From assembly GCF_009914755.1 (NCBI RefSeq), contig NC_060925.1: DNA of 64,000 nucleotides; one strand, written 5' to 3'. Made by a program: the position numbers and the translations under genes. Positions 48,022-62,961 of the stretch are shown one piece after another (the first letter of the stretch is position 1; each line of letters opens with the position of its first letter). This DNA comes from the human T2T-CHM13v2.0 reference genome, Homo sapiens. The notes under the pieces were generated by a model that ran no database searches, was not told where the DNA came from, and worked only from the letters and a program-made list of their open reading frames with translations.

Positions 48022-48492
48022 AAGCCCCTGGTCTTTTTGGCTTGCCCTTCATGGCTTGGAACTTTCACTCTATAAGCAAACTGGGTCAGGAATCATTAGG
48101 GCACAGTTATTCTCAGTATGCTGAGCTTAGAGTGGAGTTTCTTCCAACAAGTGACAATGGGCCGAGGGGAAGAGAGTCTGAGCCCTCTTGGCCACACCTG
48201 CTTGGAATAGAGCTTCTGCAACATGGGGCTGGGGTAAGAATAAGAAATCCCAGCAGTTTCCCTTTCCAGACCGAAACCATAGCCCAAGATCAGGAGCTAT
48301 GGGGAGAGGGAGTCGCTTATCTTGGCCACATCTGCCCAGAGTGCACAGCAGTGAAGTTTCTGGAGCTGAGGCCGTAACAGAGCGAGTCATGGCTTAAATG
48401 CAGCAGACTCTGTTCTTACTGGGATTGAGTAGATTTTCTTGAATAAATGTTTTTCCATTTGCTGTATTCCCTGAGGACAATTTCCAGAGACA

Positions 48493-48767
48493 TTTTATTT
48501 ATTTTATTTTAGACAGGGTCTCACTCTGTCACTGAGGCCAGAGGGCAGAGGTACACTCATAGCTCACTGCAGCCTCAGCCTCCCCAGTTCAAACCATCTT
48601 CCTGCCTCAGGCACATGCCACCATGCCCAGCTTATTATTTTTATTTTTATAAAGACAGGGTTTCACTATGTTACCCAGGCTATTCTCAAACTGCTGGGCT
48701 CAAGTGATCCTTCCACCTCAGCCTCCCAAAGTGTTGGGACTACAGATGTGATCCACTGCACCCAGCC
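48493..48767 (-). mobile_element. AluJ with internal deletion
   Basis: Reverse consensus. Confidence 0.88.
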
Positions 48768-49226
48768 TTCTAAAGACTTTAAATGATTATTTTTTATCAT
48801 ATTTACCAGTTAACCTACATTGTCAGAGAGAAGGTCAAGTTGAGGTTCTTACCGTGCCATTCCAGAAGTCCACTCTCTCTGTGCTATTTTTGCAAGTTTC
48901 TGTGAATACATAATTATTTCAAAAATGTTTTGAAAAAACAGCAATAATTGGTTGGTTCTAGCCTTAAGAAACCTGTAGGATTCAGTCTTTACGTTCATAA
49001 AGTGAAAAAGAAATGAGAGTGTTTCATCTTCAGTAATTTGCAAGCGTCATAGAAAACAGAATGTGAACGTTCACAAGAAGCTATGTTTTGTGCTAACAGA
49101 AGGGCCTACAGCAGGAAAGGACGTTCTGCTCAGTCTAGTGGAGCACCTAAGGAGTTTGCACCCTTTTCTGTGTTAGGGTGTAAGTGTGTGTACACTCTTC
49201 ACTGGATATGTCTTCCTCTCCTGCAG

Positions 49227-49439
49227 ATTCGCTCAATTGTGTGGAATGCAGATGATAGCAAACTGATTTCTGGTGGCACAGATGGTGCTGTGTATGAATG
49301 GAATCTGTCCACAGGAAAGAGAGAGACAGAATGCGTGCTCAAGTCTTGCAGCTACAACTGTGTTACTGTCTCCCCCGATGCCAAAATTATCTTTGCTGTT
49401 GGATCAGACCACACCCTCAAGGAGATTGCAGATTCCTTG
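49227..49439 (+). CDS. CFAP57: CFAP57 coding exon 9 ([26 protein letters not shown]...IADSL)
   Basis: CTGCAG acceptor, TTG|GTGAGT donor, 213 nt; WD40 repeat. Confidence 0.96.
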
Positions 49440-49814
49440 GTGAGTCTGCCCCTGCCCCGCCTCTGGGCTGGTGCACGGATCTGCAGGGACAGCTTCCCGT
49501 GCTTACAGCACAAAGTATGCACGGAATGAGGGCCTCTGCATACAGGGCCCCTTCTTCCCAAGATAACATCAGGCTCCTCATTCCTTTTAGATTAGCTCAG
49601 TTATCGTCACTTCCTGAATTTCCTGCCTAGTTTCCTTCCTGACTGGGTGAAATTGTAAATTGCGGGGCTCTTTTTCATTTCCCTTTTACTTGCTGTCTGT
49701 AACTTCTCTCCCACCTTCCAGGCATGGAGGTCATGTCATCTCTAAACTGTACTCTTACCCTTGGTCTGCACTTACATTCCTGGGGTAAAAACCTAACTAC
49801 GGTATGCACTGAGT

Positions 49815-50112
49815 AACACCAATGATGGACCACATGGACTGTAAGATTGTAATGCCATAAGATTATAATGCCAAATGTTCACTGTACCTTTTCTGTTTAG
49901 ATACACAGATATTTTCCATTGCGTCACAGTTGCCTACAGTATTCAGCATAGTCACATGCTGTTCAGGTTTGTAGCCTCGGAGCAGTAGGCTCTACCACAT
50001 AGCCTAGGTGTATAGTAGGCTGTCGCAGCTAGGTTTGTGTAAATACACTCCGTGATGTTTGCGTGACAAAATAGCCTAACCATGTATCCCATATCAAGCG
50101 ATGCATGACTGT
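49815..50112 (+). mobile_element. Tigger3a/MER7-type element
   Basis: ACAGTTGCCTACAGTATTCAG...GGTTTGTAGCCT...AAGCGATGCATGACTG. Confidence 0.7.
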
Positions 50113-50546
50113 GCAGTGAGCTGCTCTCACCTAGGCTTGCCACTGTATTCTTTTGAAATCCCCAAACTCTGAAACCGTACAGTTACATTGGGCTCCAAAT
50201 AGTGAAGGGAAAAGAGAGGAGCTCAGCAAGGATGCATCATACAAACATGGGCTGTGCGCTCCTCCAGCTGGTTCCTCCCACTTTTCCTGTGACTGGTGCC
50301 TGGGAAAGTGCGTAGATACCACGGCAGCAAGCTAGCCCAAGGCAGATCTCCCGTGGCTGGAACACAGCTGACAGTATGGTGACTCTCCTGTGTACCCCCG
50401 AGTAGCCTGGTCCTAATTCAATGGCAGCTATCAGTGCTGTGCCAGAATAAAGCCCCTTTAGGGCAGGGCCATCTTTTGCTTCTCTTGGCAGCCCTACTAG
50501 CTGGCACATTGTGTGGTGCACAGCATTCAATAAATGTGTGTGTAGG

Positions 50547-51320
50547 CATGAAAAAATGCTCATCATCACTGGCCATCAGAGAAATGCAAATCAAAACCAC
50601 AGTGAGGTACCATCTCACACCAGTTAGAATGGCAATCATTAAAAAGTCAGGAAACAACAGGTGCTGGAGAGGATGTGGAGAAATAGGAATAATTTTACAC
50701 TGTTGGTGGGACTGTAAACTAGTTCAACCATTGTGGAAGACAGTGTGGTGATTCCTCAAGGATCTAGAACTAGAAATACCATTTGACCCAGCCATCCCAT
50801 TACTGAGTATATACCCAAAGGATTATAAATTATGCTGCTATAAAGACACATGCACACGTATGTTTATTGTGGCACTATTCACAATAGCAAAGACTTGGAA
50901 CCAACCCAAATCAATGATAGACTGGATTAAGAAAATGTGGCGCATATACACCATGGAATACTATGCAGCCATAAAAAAGGATGAGTTCATGTCCTTTGTA
51001 GGGACGTGGATGAAGCTGGAAACCATCATTCTCAGCAAACTATCGCAAGGACAGAAAACGAAACACCGCATATTCTCACTCATAGGTGGGCATTGAACAA
51101 TGAGAGCACTTGGACACAGGGTGGGGAACACCACACAACGGGGCCTGTCGTGGGATGGGGGGAACAGGGAGGGATAGCATTAGGAGATATATCTAATGTA
51201 AATGACGAGTTAATGGGTGCAGCACACCAACATGGCACATGTATACATATGTAACAAACCTGCACGTTGTGCACATGTACCCTAGAACTTAAAGTATAAT
51301 AATAATAATAAAAGAAAAAA
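50547..51320 (+). mobile_element. 5'-truncated L1PA (approximately L1PA4-6) inserted into an L2-like 3' end
   Basis: ORF2 end and 3'UTR; TSD AAAT(G/A)TGTGTGTAGG at 50532 and 51321. Confidence 0.95.
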
Positions 51321-51392
51321 AAATATGTGTGTAGGTGGGTGGGTGAATGAGTGCATGAATGAGTGAGGGAATGAAGGGGCGCTCTGATAGTA

Positions 51393-51715
51393 CAGTAGTC
51401 CCACCTTACCCACAGTTTCAGTTACCTGTGGTCAACCAAGGTCCAAAAACAGGTGAGTACCATACTGTGAGTAAGATATTTTGAGAGAGAGAAATCACAT
51501 TCACACAGCTTTTATACAGTATTCTTATAACCGTTCTATTTTATTATTAGGTATTATTTATCTCTTACTGGACCTAATTTATAAATTAAACCATATCATA
51601 GTTATGTACGTATAGGAGAAAACCATAGTATATATAGGGTTCAGTACTATCTGTGGTTTCAGGCACCACTGGGGATCTTGGAACATATCCCTCAAGGATA
51701 AGGGGAGACTAATGT
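51393..51715 (+). mobile_element. MER44A (Tigger7-derived)
   Basis: TA-CAGTAGTCCCACCTTA...GGATAAGGGGAGACTAATG-TA; GTAAGATATTTTGAGAGAGA. Confidence 0.75.
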
Positions 51716-52245
51716 ATGGTTTTGCTTATGTAATGAGCATTAATAAATGCTTGCTGAATGCATTTATGAGCAATAGCCCATTCTCATTTTGAAATGCACC
51801 CATGCATAGCAGTCAAAGCAGAGACTGGAGCCCACCCAGGTACATGAGTTGAAGCAAATGCCTTTCACACAGATGGTCCGTCATCCATAGACTAGGGATA
51901 ACAGTAACTGCCTCAGAGGGTTTCGTGAGGATTGAATGAGTTGCAACATGGAGAAGGCACAGAACAGTGCTTGGCACATAGTAAGTGCTATATGAATATC
52001 TCTCTCTATTAGTATTATTCCTAACTCATGAACCTGGTTATTTACCAGCAACACAACAAGGAATATCTAGTTTGCGCCTTTTTTTGTGCTAGGCACTATA
52101 CCGGATGCCAAAAGGGGATAGAAAAAGCATTTTTTAAAGACAAGCCCCTAGGGATCTGTTAGAGCAGAGGGCGAGAGAGTATGGCACTGGGACGTGGGGG
52201 CCACAGCTCGACCCCTCACACTGAGCAGAGCTGCCTGTGTCTCAG

Positions 52246-52419
52246 ATCCTTCGAGAGATATCGGCGTTTGATGTCACCTACACCGCCATTGTCATCTCAC
52301 ATTCTGGACGCATGATGTTTGTGGGCACCTCGGTGGGAACCATTCGTGCCATGAAGTACCCTCTGCCTCTGCAGAAGGAATTCAATGAGTACCAGGCCCA
52401 TGCCGGTCCTATCACCAAG
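52246..52419 (+). CDS. CFAP57: CFAP57 coding exon 10 ([13 protein letters not shown]...AHAGPITK), residues 586-643
   Basis: CAG acceptor, AAG|GTGAGC donor, 174 nt, phase 0/0. Confidence 0.95.
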
Positions 52420-52587
52420 GTGAGCAGGGCCCTCTCCCCAGGAACCCAGTCCCACACCTGCCTGCTACGTGCCTTGTTCATCCCTTCAACCTCCCAATGT
52501 CTTTTCTCTCTCCTTCTTCTCTCTTATTTATTCATCCATCATTCATTGAATCACCATCTATTGACTATGAATATACTCTTTGTTTAA
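52420..52587 (+). CDS. CFAP57: Intron read-through C-terminus of the short CFAP57 isoform (VSRALSPG...MNILFV*)
   Basis: Frame stays open for 55 codons past the donor to TAA at 52585-52587; 643+55 = 698 aa, the short WDR65 isoform length I recall. Confidence 0.75.
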   Translation: MSRALSPGTQSHTCLLRALFIPSTSQCLFSLLLLSYLFIHHSLNHHLLTMNILFV

Positions 52588-52589
52588 AC

Positions 52590-53370
52590 TACTTCCAGGA
52601 ATTTAGCCTAGGAAATCATCAGAGATACACCTAAAAATGTATGTACAACGTTTTCACCATAATATTATGCATAATAAGGGGCCGTTTGGTGGATGCCGTA
52701 GCTGCCGTGAGTGTGGGCTGCACTTGACCACAGCTGCCTCCTCCTCCAGAGAATGCCCCAGACTGAAAGGAGCCATAGCCCTGAAGATTGGCCCCTACCT
52801 CTCCCTGAGGGTACAAAAGGCCACCCCAGGGGCAATACCATGAGTACACATTTGTAAATTGTCCTTCCATTCACCCTTCTCATAAAGTAGTATCTATGTT
52901 CAACAGTCAAAATGTGGAAGCAACCAAGCATCCATCGACAGACGAATGCATAAGCAAAAGATGGTATATCTATACAATGGAACAATACCCTGCCTAAAAA
53001 GGAAGGGAATTCTGCAATGTGCTACCACATGGATGAACCTTGAGGATGTTATGCTAAATTAAATAAGGCCAACCACAAAAAGATAAGTACAGTGTGATTC
53101 CACTTTTAGGAGATACTTAGAGCAGTCAGAATCACAAAGACAGAGTGGTGGTTGGCAGGGGCTGCAGGAAGGGGGAATGAGGAATGATTGTTTCATAGGT
53201 ATAGAGTTTTGGTTTTACAAGACAAAAGGATTATGGGGGTAGTTGGTGGCAATGGCTGCACAACATTACAAATGTATTTAATAACATGAACTGTACACTT
53301 GAAAATGGTTAAGATAGCAAATTTTACAGAATATGTATTTTACGACAATTTTAAAAATGAAATAAAAAAG
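52590..53370 (+). mobile_element. Old L1M 3'-end fragments forming the presumed 3'UTR of short CFAP57
   Basis: ACATGGATGAACCTTGAGGA, GAACTGTACACTTGAAAATGGTTAAGAT motifs; AATAAA at 53361. Confidence 0.75.
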
Positions 53371-53798
53371 AATTATCTTGCACGCGAAATGGTTGCCAAG
53401 AAATCATAGCCAATAGTAAATTAAAAGTTATTCATAGTGCAAAAAAAAAAAAAAGTAATGTCTATACCTACACTGGACCCCCCAAAAAACAGGCACTGGG
53501 AAGGTATGTGTCTCTTCTTCCTTACTCTCTCTTTCTGCAGATTGAATGACACAGCACCTGAGGTTTTGAGTTATATCCCAAACTCCTTAGTGGCTTACCT
53601 GCAACACTAGCTGTATTAAGAAAAGGTTTCTCATTATAAAACAGAACATTTCTGTACCAAGCCTGGGCCTTGGGTCCAAAGTAAATTACTACAACATATT
53701 CCACCTCTTCCCTTCAGATCTGCTAAGTTTTGTGGATAACATATTTATTTTTCTGATTATAGAAGCAATGCATATTTATTTTAAAAATAAAAATCCTT

Positions 53799-54098
53799 GC
53801 CAGGCGCAGTGGCTCACGCCTGTAATCCTAGCACTTTGGAAGCCCAAGGCGGGCAGATCATGAGGTCAGGAGATAGAGACCATCCTGGCTAACACGGTGA
53901 AACCCTGTCTCTACTAAAAATACAAAAAATTAGCCGGGCGTGGTGGCACGTACCTGTAGTCCCAGCTACTCGGGAGACTGAGGCAGGAGAATCGCTTGAA
54001 CCTGGGAGGCGGAGGTTTCAGTGAGCCGAGATCGCACCACTACACTCCAGCCTGGGCAACAGAGCGAGATTCTGTCTCCAAAAAAAAAAAAAAAAAAA
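53799..54098 (+). mobile_element. AluY/Sc-like
   Basis: Consensus; TSD AAAAATCCT. Confidence 0.93.
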
Positions 54099-55161
54099 TC
54101 CTCATAATGGTATCATCATTTCTTTGATGCATTTCCTTCTACATTTCCATGTGTGTGTGTTTTAAATAAAATTAAGATCATACTGTGAGGCCAGTCTCGT
54201 GGCCTGCTAGTTTTTAACTTCACACTACTGTAAGCGTTTGTCCATACAATTAAATATTCCTCAGAAGCATGATTTTAGTAGCTACACAAATATCCTATCC
54301 TATGATGGACTGTAACTTACTAACTCTTCTCTTGCAATTAGGCATTTAAATTATCTTATGATCTATAGTGAACAGCCCAGTTTACAAATTTATATGTGCA
54401 TCTCTGATTCTCTCCTAAGACTAAATTCCTAGAGAGAGAATTCCTGAATTCAAGAGTATTGCTATTCTCAAGATTCTTGACACATACTGCTGATTGTGAG
54501 AAGACATTTTTCACAGTTAATCCTTTTGTTTTAACTTTTTATCTTGAAATACTTATAGGTTTAGAGGAAATTTTAAAGATGGCACAGAGTTCCCGTGTAT
54601 CCCTCAATCAGTTTCCCCCAGTAATTACATCTTCTAGAACTGTAGCAAAATATCAAACCAGAAAATTGACATGGTCCACAGTGTATGTAGTTCTGAATTA
54701 TTTCTCACATGTACAGTCTGTGTAACCACCACTACAATCACACTATAGAACCGTTCCATCCCCACAAAGATCTCCATCTGCCCTTCAGAGTCCTACCACT
54801 CCTCCCGACTATCATCCCGAATCCCTGCCTACCACTAATTTGTTCTTATTTCCATAACTTTTGTCATTTTGAGAACTGTATATGGAATTATACTGTATGT
54901 GGCCTTCTGAAAATGGCTTTTTTATTGATACGTAGTATTTGTACATATTATGAAGTACCTGTGATATTTTGTTACAGTCATAGAGCATGTAATGATCAGG
55001 TCAGGATATTTAGGGTTTCCATCCATCTCGCGTATTTATGATTTCTGTGTGTTGGGAGCATTTCAAGTCCTGTCTTCTAGCAATTTAAAAATATACAATA
55101 TATTGTTGTTAACTATAGTCACCTTACTCTGCTATCAAACATTAGAACTTATTTCTTCTTT

Positions 55162-55793
<632 letters not shown>

Positions 55794-56401
55794 TGAATGA
55801 GAACACACAATATTTGTTTTTCTGTACCTGACATATTTCACTTAACTTCACGACCTCCAGTTCCATCCATGTTGCTGCAAAAACATGATTTCATTCATTT
55901 TTTACGGCCAAATAGTATTCCAGTGGGTATATATACCACATTTTCTTTATTCATTCATCCACTGATGGACACTTAGGTTGATTCCATATCTTTACTATTG
56001 GTGGTACAATAAATATGGGGGGGGGGGTGGAGCGCAGGTATCCTTTCAATCTGCTGATTTCCTTTCCTTTAGAAAAGTATCCAGTAATGAGATTGCAGGA
56101 TTGTATGGTAGTTCTGTTTTTAGTTTTTTTTAGAAGTCTACATACTGTTTTCCATAGTGGTTGTACTAATTTACCTTCCCACCAACAGTGTATAAGAGTT
56201 CTCTCTTCTCCACATTCTTGCCAGAATCTGTTATTTGTTGTCTTTTTGATAATACCTACTCTAATTGGGGTAAGATGGTATCTCATGGTGGTTTTGATTT
56301 GCATTTCCCTGATGATTAGTGATGTTGAGCATTTTTTCATATACCTGTTGGCCATTTGTATGTCTTCTTTTGAGAAATGTCTATTCATGTCCTTAGCCCA
56401 C

Positions 56402-56849
<448 letters not shown>

Positions 56850-57768
56850 TGATTGTTTCCTTTGCTGTGCAGAAGCTTTTTAGCTTAATGTCCTGATTGT
56901 GGCTTTTTCCACTCAGCTAAATCTTCAAATCCATCCAAGTTGTGTTGTGTATCAATCATAGTTTATTCCCTTTTATTTCTGAGTAGTATTCCATGAAAAA
57001 CAAATCACAGTTTGTATAGCCATTCACCTATTGTAGGATATTTTTAATTTTTTCCAGTTTTCAGCTATTATAAATAAAGCTGCTGTGACCAATCATATAC
57101 AGGCTTTTGTGTGGAAATAAGTTTTCATTTCTCTGGGATAAATGCCCAGGAGTATAATTGCTGAATCATATGGTAAGTGTATATTCAGGTTTGTTTTTTT
57201 TTAAACTGCCAAGCTATTTTCCAGAGTGGCTGTACCATTTTACATTCTTACCAAGAATGTATGAGACCCAGTTTCTCTGCATCATTGCCAGCACTTGGTG
57301 TTGTCACTGTTTTTTATTTTAGCTGTTCTAATGGGTGTGTAGTGATATCTCATCATGGTCCTAATTTTGCATTTTCCTAAATGGCTAATAATGCGGAGTA
57401 TCTCTTCATGTGCTTACTTGCCATCTGTGTATTTTCCCTGGTGAAATGTCTCCTTATCTTTTGTCTACTTTCTGATTGGATTGTTTGGCTTTTTTACTGT
57501 TGAGTTTTGAGAGTTTCTTGTACGTTCTAGATAATAGCTGACTCTTCAGATTCCAAATCCACAGAGAATGTAGACGTAACCTTACTTCTTCTATTCATTA
57601 ACAGATGCCTGTGAGGGCTCCTCTCTCATTCTTACCTGGGATCAAGTTTACCTCCCTGTGAGGCTGTGCCCAGGATTGCATGGGGGGGAAGCCTTGCACA
57701 ACAGCTGGCTCAGCCCTGGTCATCTGTGGCCTTGAAAGCTTCCTGGCCATGACCCTTTTTCTCTTCAG

Positions 57769-57930
57769 ATGTTGCTTACCTTTGATGATCAGTTCCTGCT
57801 GACTGCTGCTGAGGATGGCTGCCTGTTCACCTGGAAGGTCTTTGATAAGGATGGCCGGGGAATCAAGCGAGAGAGGGAGGTGGGCTTTGCCGAAGAGGTG
57901 CTTGTGACTAAAACAGACATGGAAGAAAAG
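57769..57930 (+). CDS. CFAP57: CFAP57 coding exon 11 ([24 protein letters not shown]...DMEEK)
   Basis: Polypyrimidine + CAG, AAG|GTAAGA donor, 162 nt; last WD repeat. Confidence 0.95.
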
Positions 57931-60831
57931 GTAAGAACTGGATCTAATGAAGAGGGATATGGAATTACTTACCAGACTGCATTCAGATGCAGGTCCAGCA
58001 CTGGGGCCCTCTACAGCCTGGCTACATCCTATGCCCAGTGCAGACCCCCACGGCTCCCTGCACATCTGCTGTCCCCACAACCAAGCTCTCCTCCTCATTG
58101 CCACTGTCCACCCGACTCTGCCTGTCTTTCTGCCATGTGATCATCTTGACTTACACTGTGCTTTGCTTTTATTCTGTGATCTGGTTTTCTCTTCCTACTC
58201 TTTGAAACCAAGAATAATGAAACATACAGTTCTCTTATGACCAACAGTTCCTAGCACATGCTGGGCACATGGAAGACAATCAATAAATATTTACAAAAGT
58301 AAAGTATGTTCTCATTTAAATCTCACAACATCTCTATGAAGAAGATACTGTCATTCTCCCCATGTTTCAAAAAACAAGTTAGGAGAGCTTGAGGGATGTG
58401 TTCAAAGTCAGTGTGCTAATAATTAATAGGACTAGAGTTCTAATCCAGATTTAATCCAGAGCCCCCTCCCTTAATCACTATACCAAAGGGACATCCCTTC
58501 CTTCCTGTTGATGCAGTAAACATTCCATAAAGGTGTGTTTTGCAGAGATATGAGTGCATAGCTCTGTGTTACGCTTCCTAAGGGAGAAGCTGAATGGATG
58601 ATAAACACACAAGGCTCATGGAGGATCGCAAAGCTACACAGTCATTGCCGTTTGTCCAGAATCTTAAGTGTGTTTATTGAACACCTACCATTTGCTAGGC
58701 ACTGGGGATGCACACGTGAAAAGACAGTTGTGGGCCCTGTGACATGACCAGGAAGCTTACAGTCAAGTGAGGGATAGAAACAAGTAAAGCCATCAGAGCA
58801 GCAATACAACACTGCCACAAAGCACGGTGACAAGCCCCTGGCATTCGCTGGAGATCCCTCCCAGAGCTCCCTAGAATTTTCTGCAGGAAAAGCAAAGAGG
58901 GAGAAGAGGATGAGGGAGGGGCCCGTGAGAGTGGGGGCCTGACCTGCTGCAGAAGGGACATTTCCTTTTCTCTGTTATCTTTTCTGTTCTTCCCAGAGGG
59001 TAGGGGAAGAGGCCAAATAGGAGACAGCAGGCTGAACCAAAGGCCTGAAGGTGCCCAAGCTGGCTTCTGACCACAGCCCCCAGATGGGCCTGACAGTACC
59101 GCTGCCAGGCTGGAAATGACTTGTGCATATACCGCTCCTTCTTGAAACTCCCTTCTGTCTTACCATCCTTGTGACCACACTCTGTTCCCTGTAAACCTTT
59201 CTGACTCCTCCTCCCCGCTTCTGTCCTGGCTCTTCCTCCGCCTGTCCCTTAAAAAGCATGTTCCCAGAATTCCCAACTCTCTTTATATTCCATTATAGTC
59301 TAAGTAACTCTCAGGCCATGATTTACCTTCTCTGCCTAGGATTTACAGAGGGGTCTGCTGTGTACCTGACACTATACTAAGGTCTGGGATTACAGAGATA
59401 AAAGACATAAAGCATCCTTTAGCTGATAGCCTGGGAAGAGGGCAGAGTATCACAAAGAAGGGAATTAAACGTGCAGTGGAATGAAGTGTCATGAAAGAAC
59501 GATGCTGTGGGAGCACAGGGGAAGGAACTTGGCTCAGGCCAGGTGGTGCCAGAGGACATGAGCCTTGCTCAGATCCTTCCAGGACAAATGGACAAGGGCC
59601 AGTGAGCAATGAGCAGTGAGTGTGTGCAGAGGGATGAGGGAGTGGTGGTCTGCAAAGCTGCTCCTAGTTAGGTTGTGCCAGAGAGAAGGGCTGAAGATGA
59701 AGCTGGAGAGAAACAGGTCAGGGGGGCCTTTTACACCCTGCATTAGGCTGGACATTGTTCATAAGGACCATTCATAAATTTAAGCTGGGGAATGACTTAA
59801 CATGATTCGCATCTCGGAGAGATTAATCTGCAGCAATGTGAAGAATAGATGGAGGAAGGACACTGAACAAGGACCTCAAACACAGCATGTCAAAGGCCGG
59901 GTCATTCCCATGGATAAATATATCCCACTAGCCAGGGCAGACCCCTGGGATCATTGATAAGTATTCATTCAGTGCTGACCATGCTGCTAGTTTTATGCTA
60001 GGTTCTGGGGATAAAGCAGAGAAGCAAGACAGGCCAAGCCCCACCCTCAGGTACCGGTCCTTCTACCTAGGAGACAGCCTTCATCCATGATCCTTACCTC
60101 TCCACCCCACACCCAGTCAGGCACTATCCTCTCTAAACTCACTCTCTCCAACCTCTCCATTCCTCTCTGGTCCCCTTCCCTACCTCAGTCCAAACCCTGT
60201 CTGTCTCTTGCCTGGTCTATGCAGTTGCCGCCCACCCACCCCAGCAACTCATCATCCTGCCTTTGGTCCTTCCTTAATCTAGTCCGTGCTGCGTACCGCC
60301 ATTGGAGAGATCTTTATAACACCAAAGTCAGCCTGATCGGGTTCGATGAGGACCTTTGGAAGCCCTCTAAGATAAAATCCAAACTTCCTAGCATGGTCTA
60401 CCGGGCCCCTGATGGTCTGACGCAGTCTTGGCTGCCCCTTCCTATACATCCAACTTGTGCCATATCACATGCAGTGAGTGCCCTGGCCAGGCATTCCTGC
60501 TCCATCCTCTCTGACTTTGCACGTGCAATTTGTGCTTATCCTTCTTCTCAGTACTTCCTGTGCACCAGATCCTCACTAGTCTGCTGGCCAGGAATGCAGA
60601 AATGTGCGTAATCCATTCCTTGATGTCAAGTCGTTCACAGGTGGTAGAGGAGACAGACCAGAAATGATGAGATAGGGATGCACGGGGTGTCCCCATAGGT
60701 AAGCAAGAAGAAAACACTGCATTCTGACCCACTCTGTCATCAACATTAACTTTTTAAGGAAATGAAGGGTGTGTGTATTATAGTATTTTTAGAAAACTTT
60801 GGCATCATTGAGTACGATGGGAGAAGACACT

Positions 60832-61195
<364 letters not shown>

Positions 61196-61896
61196 CTATA
61201 TTAAAGTACTAAAAGTGAGTCTAAGAAGACATCAAGAGGGACAGATTGGCAGTACTGAGAACCACCCAGCTTTGGGCACTTACCACAATTTGTAATAATG
61301 TGTTTGTCTGGCTGCCTCAGTAGACTCTAAGTTACATGGGGACAGCCATCATGCTTCAATAAATATCTTCTGAGATCTTACTCTGTGTTAGACATTGTTC
61401 CCGTACTTGGGATATATCAGCAAACAAACCCTACAAAGATTCTGGTCTATGTGGAGCTTAAGTTCTGATGGGGAAAGAAGAATAAAAACAATAAACAAAA
61501 TAATAAGTAAATTGTAGAAAGTGCAAGATCTAAGGAAATAAGAAGTAGAGCAGAGTAAGAGAGGTGATGGGTCCTGGGAATGGGAAGGGGTTGCAGAATT
61601 AAACAGTGTGGTGCAAGTCAGCCTCGTCAAGCAGGAGATGCTTAAGCTGACTTGAATGAGATGAGCGCATGACTAGCACAATGTAGTAAAGATTTTTTGA
61701 GGATAGAGGAGGAAGCTCATATGTCTCCTCATTTTTAGCTGATGTGCCTTCTGGGGAAAAGATGACAAGTTCTAGTTGAGACACATTGAGTTTGAAGCTA
61801 GGCAGAGCTGCAGGTCTCAGGTCAAGGCCGCAGGTTTAAATATTCTGAGTCACCCTTACTGTCAGTGTTCTTGATCCTTCTGTCCTTCTCCCAAAG

Positions 61897-62052
61897 GCTC
61901 AGGTTATGTTGGAGCTAAAGACTCGTGTGGAGGAATTAAAAATGGAGAATGAGTATCAACTCCGACTAAAGGACATGAACTATTCTGAGAAGATTAAGGA
62001 GCTAACAGACAAGTTCATCCAGGAAATGGAGTCCTTGAAAACAAAAAACCAG
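61897..62052 (+). CDS. CFAP57: CFAP57 coding exon 12 ([26 protein letters not shown]...KTKNQ), start of coiled coil
   Basis: Polypyrimidine + AAG acceptor (in-frame CAG 6 nt further), CAG|GTCTGT donor, 156 nt; E/K-rich heptads. Confidence 0.92.
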
Positions 62053-62142
62053 GTCTGTTTAAGAGACTGACCAACAAGCACAAATAACAAGAAATTTCCA
62101 CTTTCAAGACAGGACTGGCATATACTGCCCAAGCTATGCTCA

Positions 62143-62546
<404 letters not shown>

Positions 62547-62961
62547 TTATGGTGAATGGTATTAATCGGTATTAGTGGTATTAACAGATTAATTAATCTG
62601 ATCTATAGTAGTAAAATACATATAGAAAATAGATAACAGTATAATTATCTCTGGAAGTTGAGATTACAGATAATTTAAATTTTGTTTTACATACTTTTTG
62701 TAATTTCCAAATTCTCTACAATGAGAATTATGATTAGGAGAAACTTATTTTAAAACAAAATGAAAAGATAAGAAAAAGCAAAAAGATAAGAAAATCAAAG
62801 CATAGATGGAGAATAACTAGCAGAATACTGATTCCTGGATTGTCAGGAAGTTAAATAAAATTAGTCTACATGGCCTTTACATAGTTAGATTTGGTCTGGG
62901 ACTCTCCCAGATTCTTTTCTTTGTTCTACACAAATCTGGACTCCTATCTAAAATCCCCACT

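Noticed and set aside
57605-57768. Upstream alternative acceptor (TTAACAG|ATG) for the 57769 exon
   Set aside because: In-frame TGA after 18 codons and no other support
57598-60611. Long ORFs 57598-58104 (-) and 60087-60611 (+)
   Set aside because: One is antisense to a real exon and the other lies in degenerate L2-like sequence; no recognisable domain
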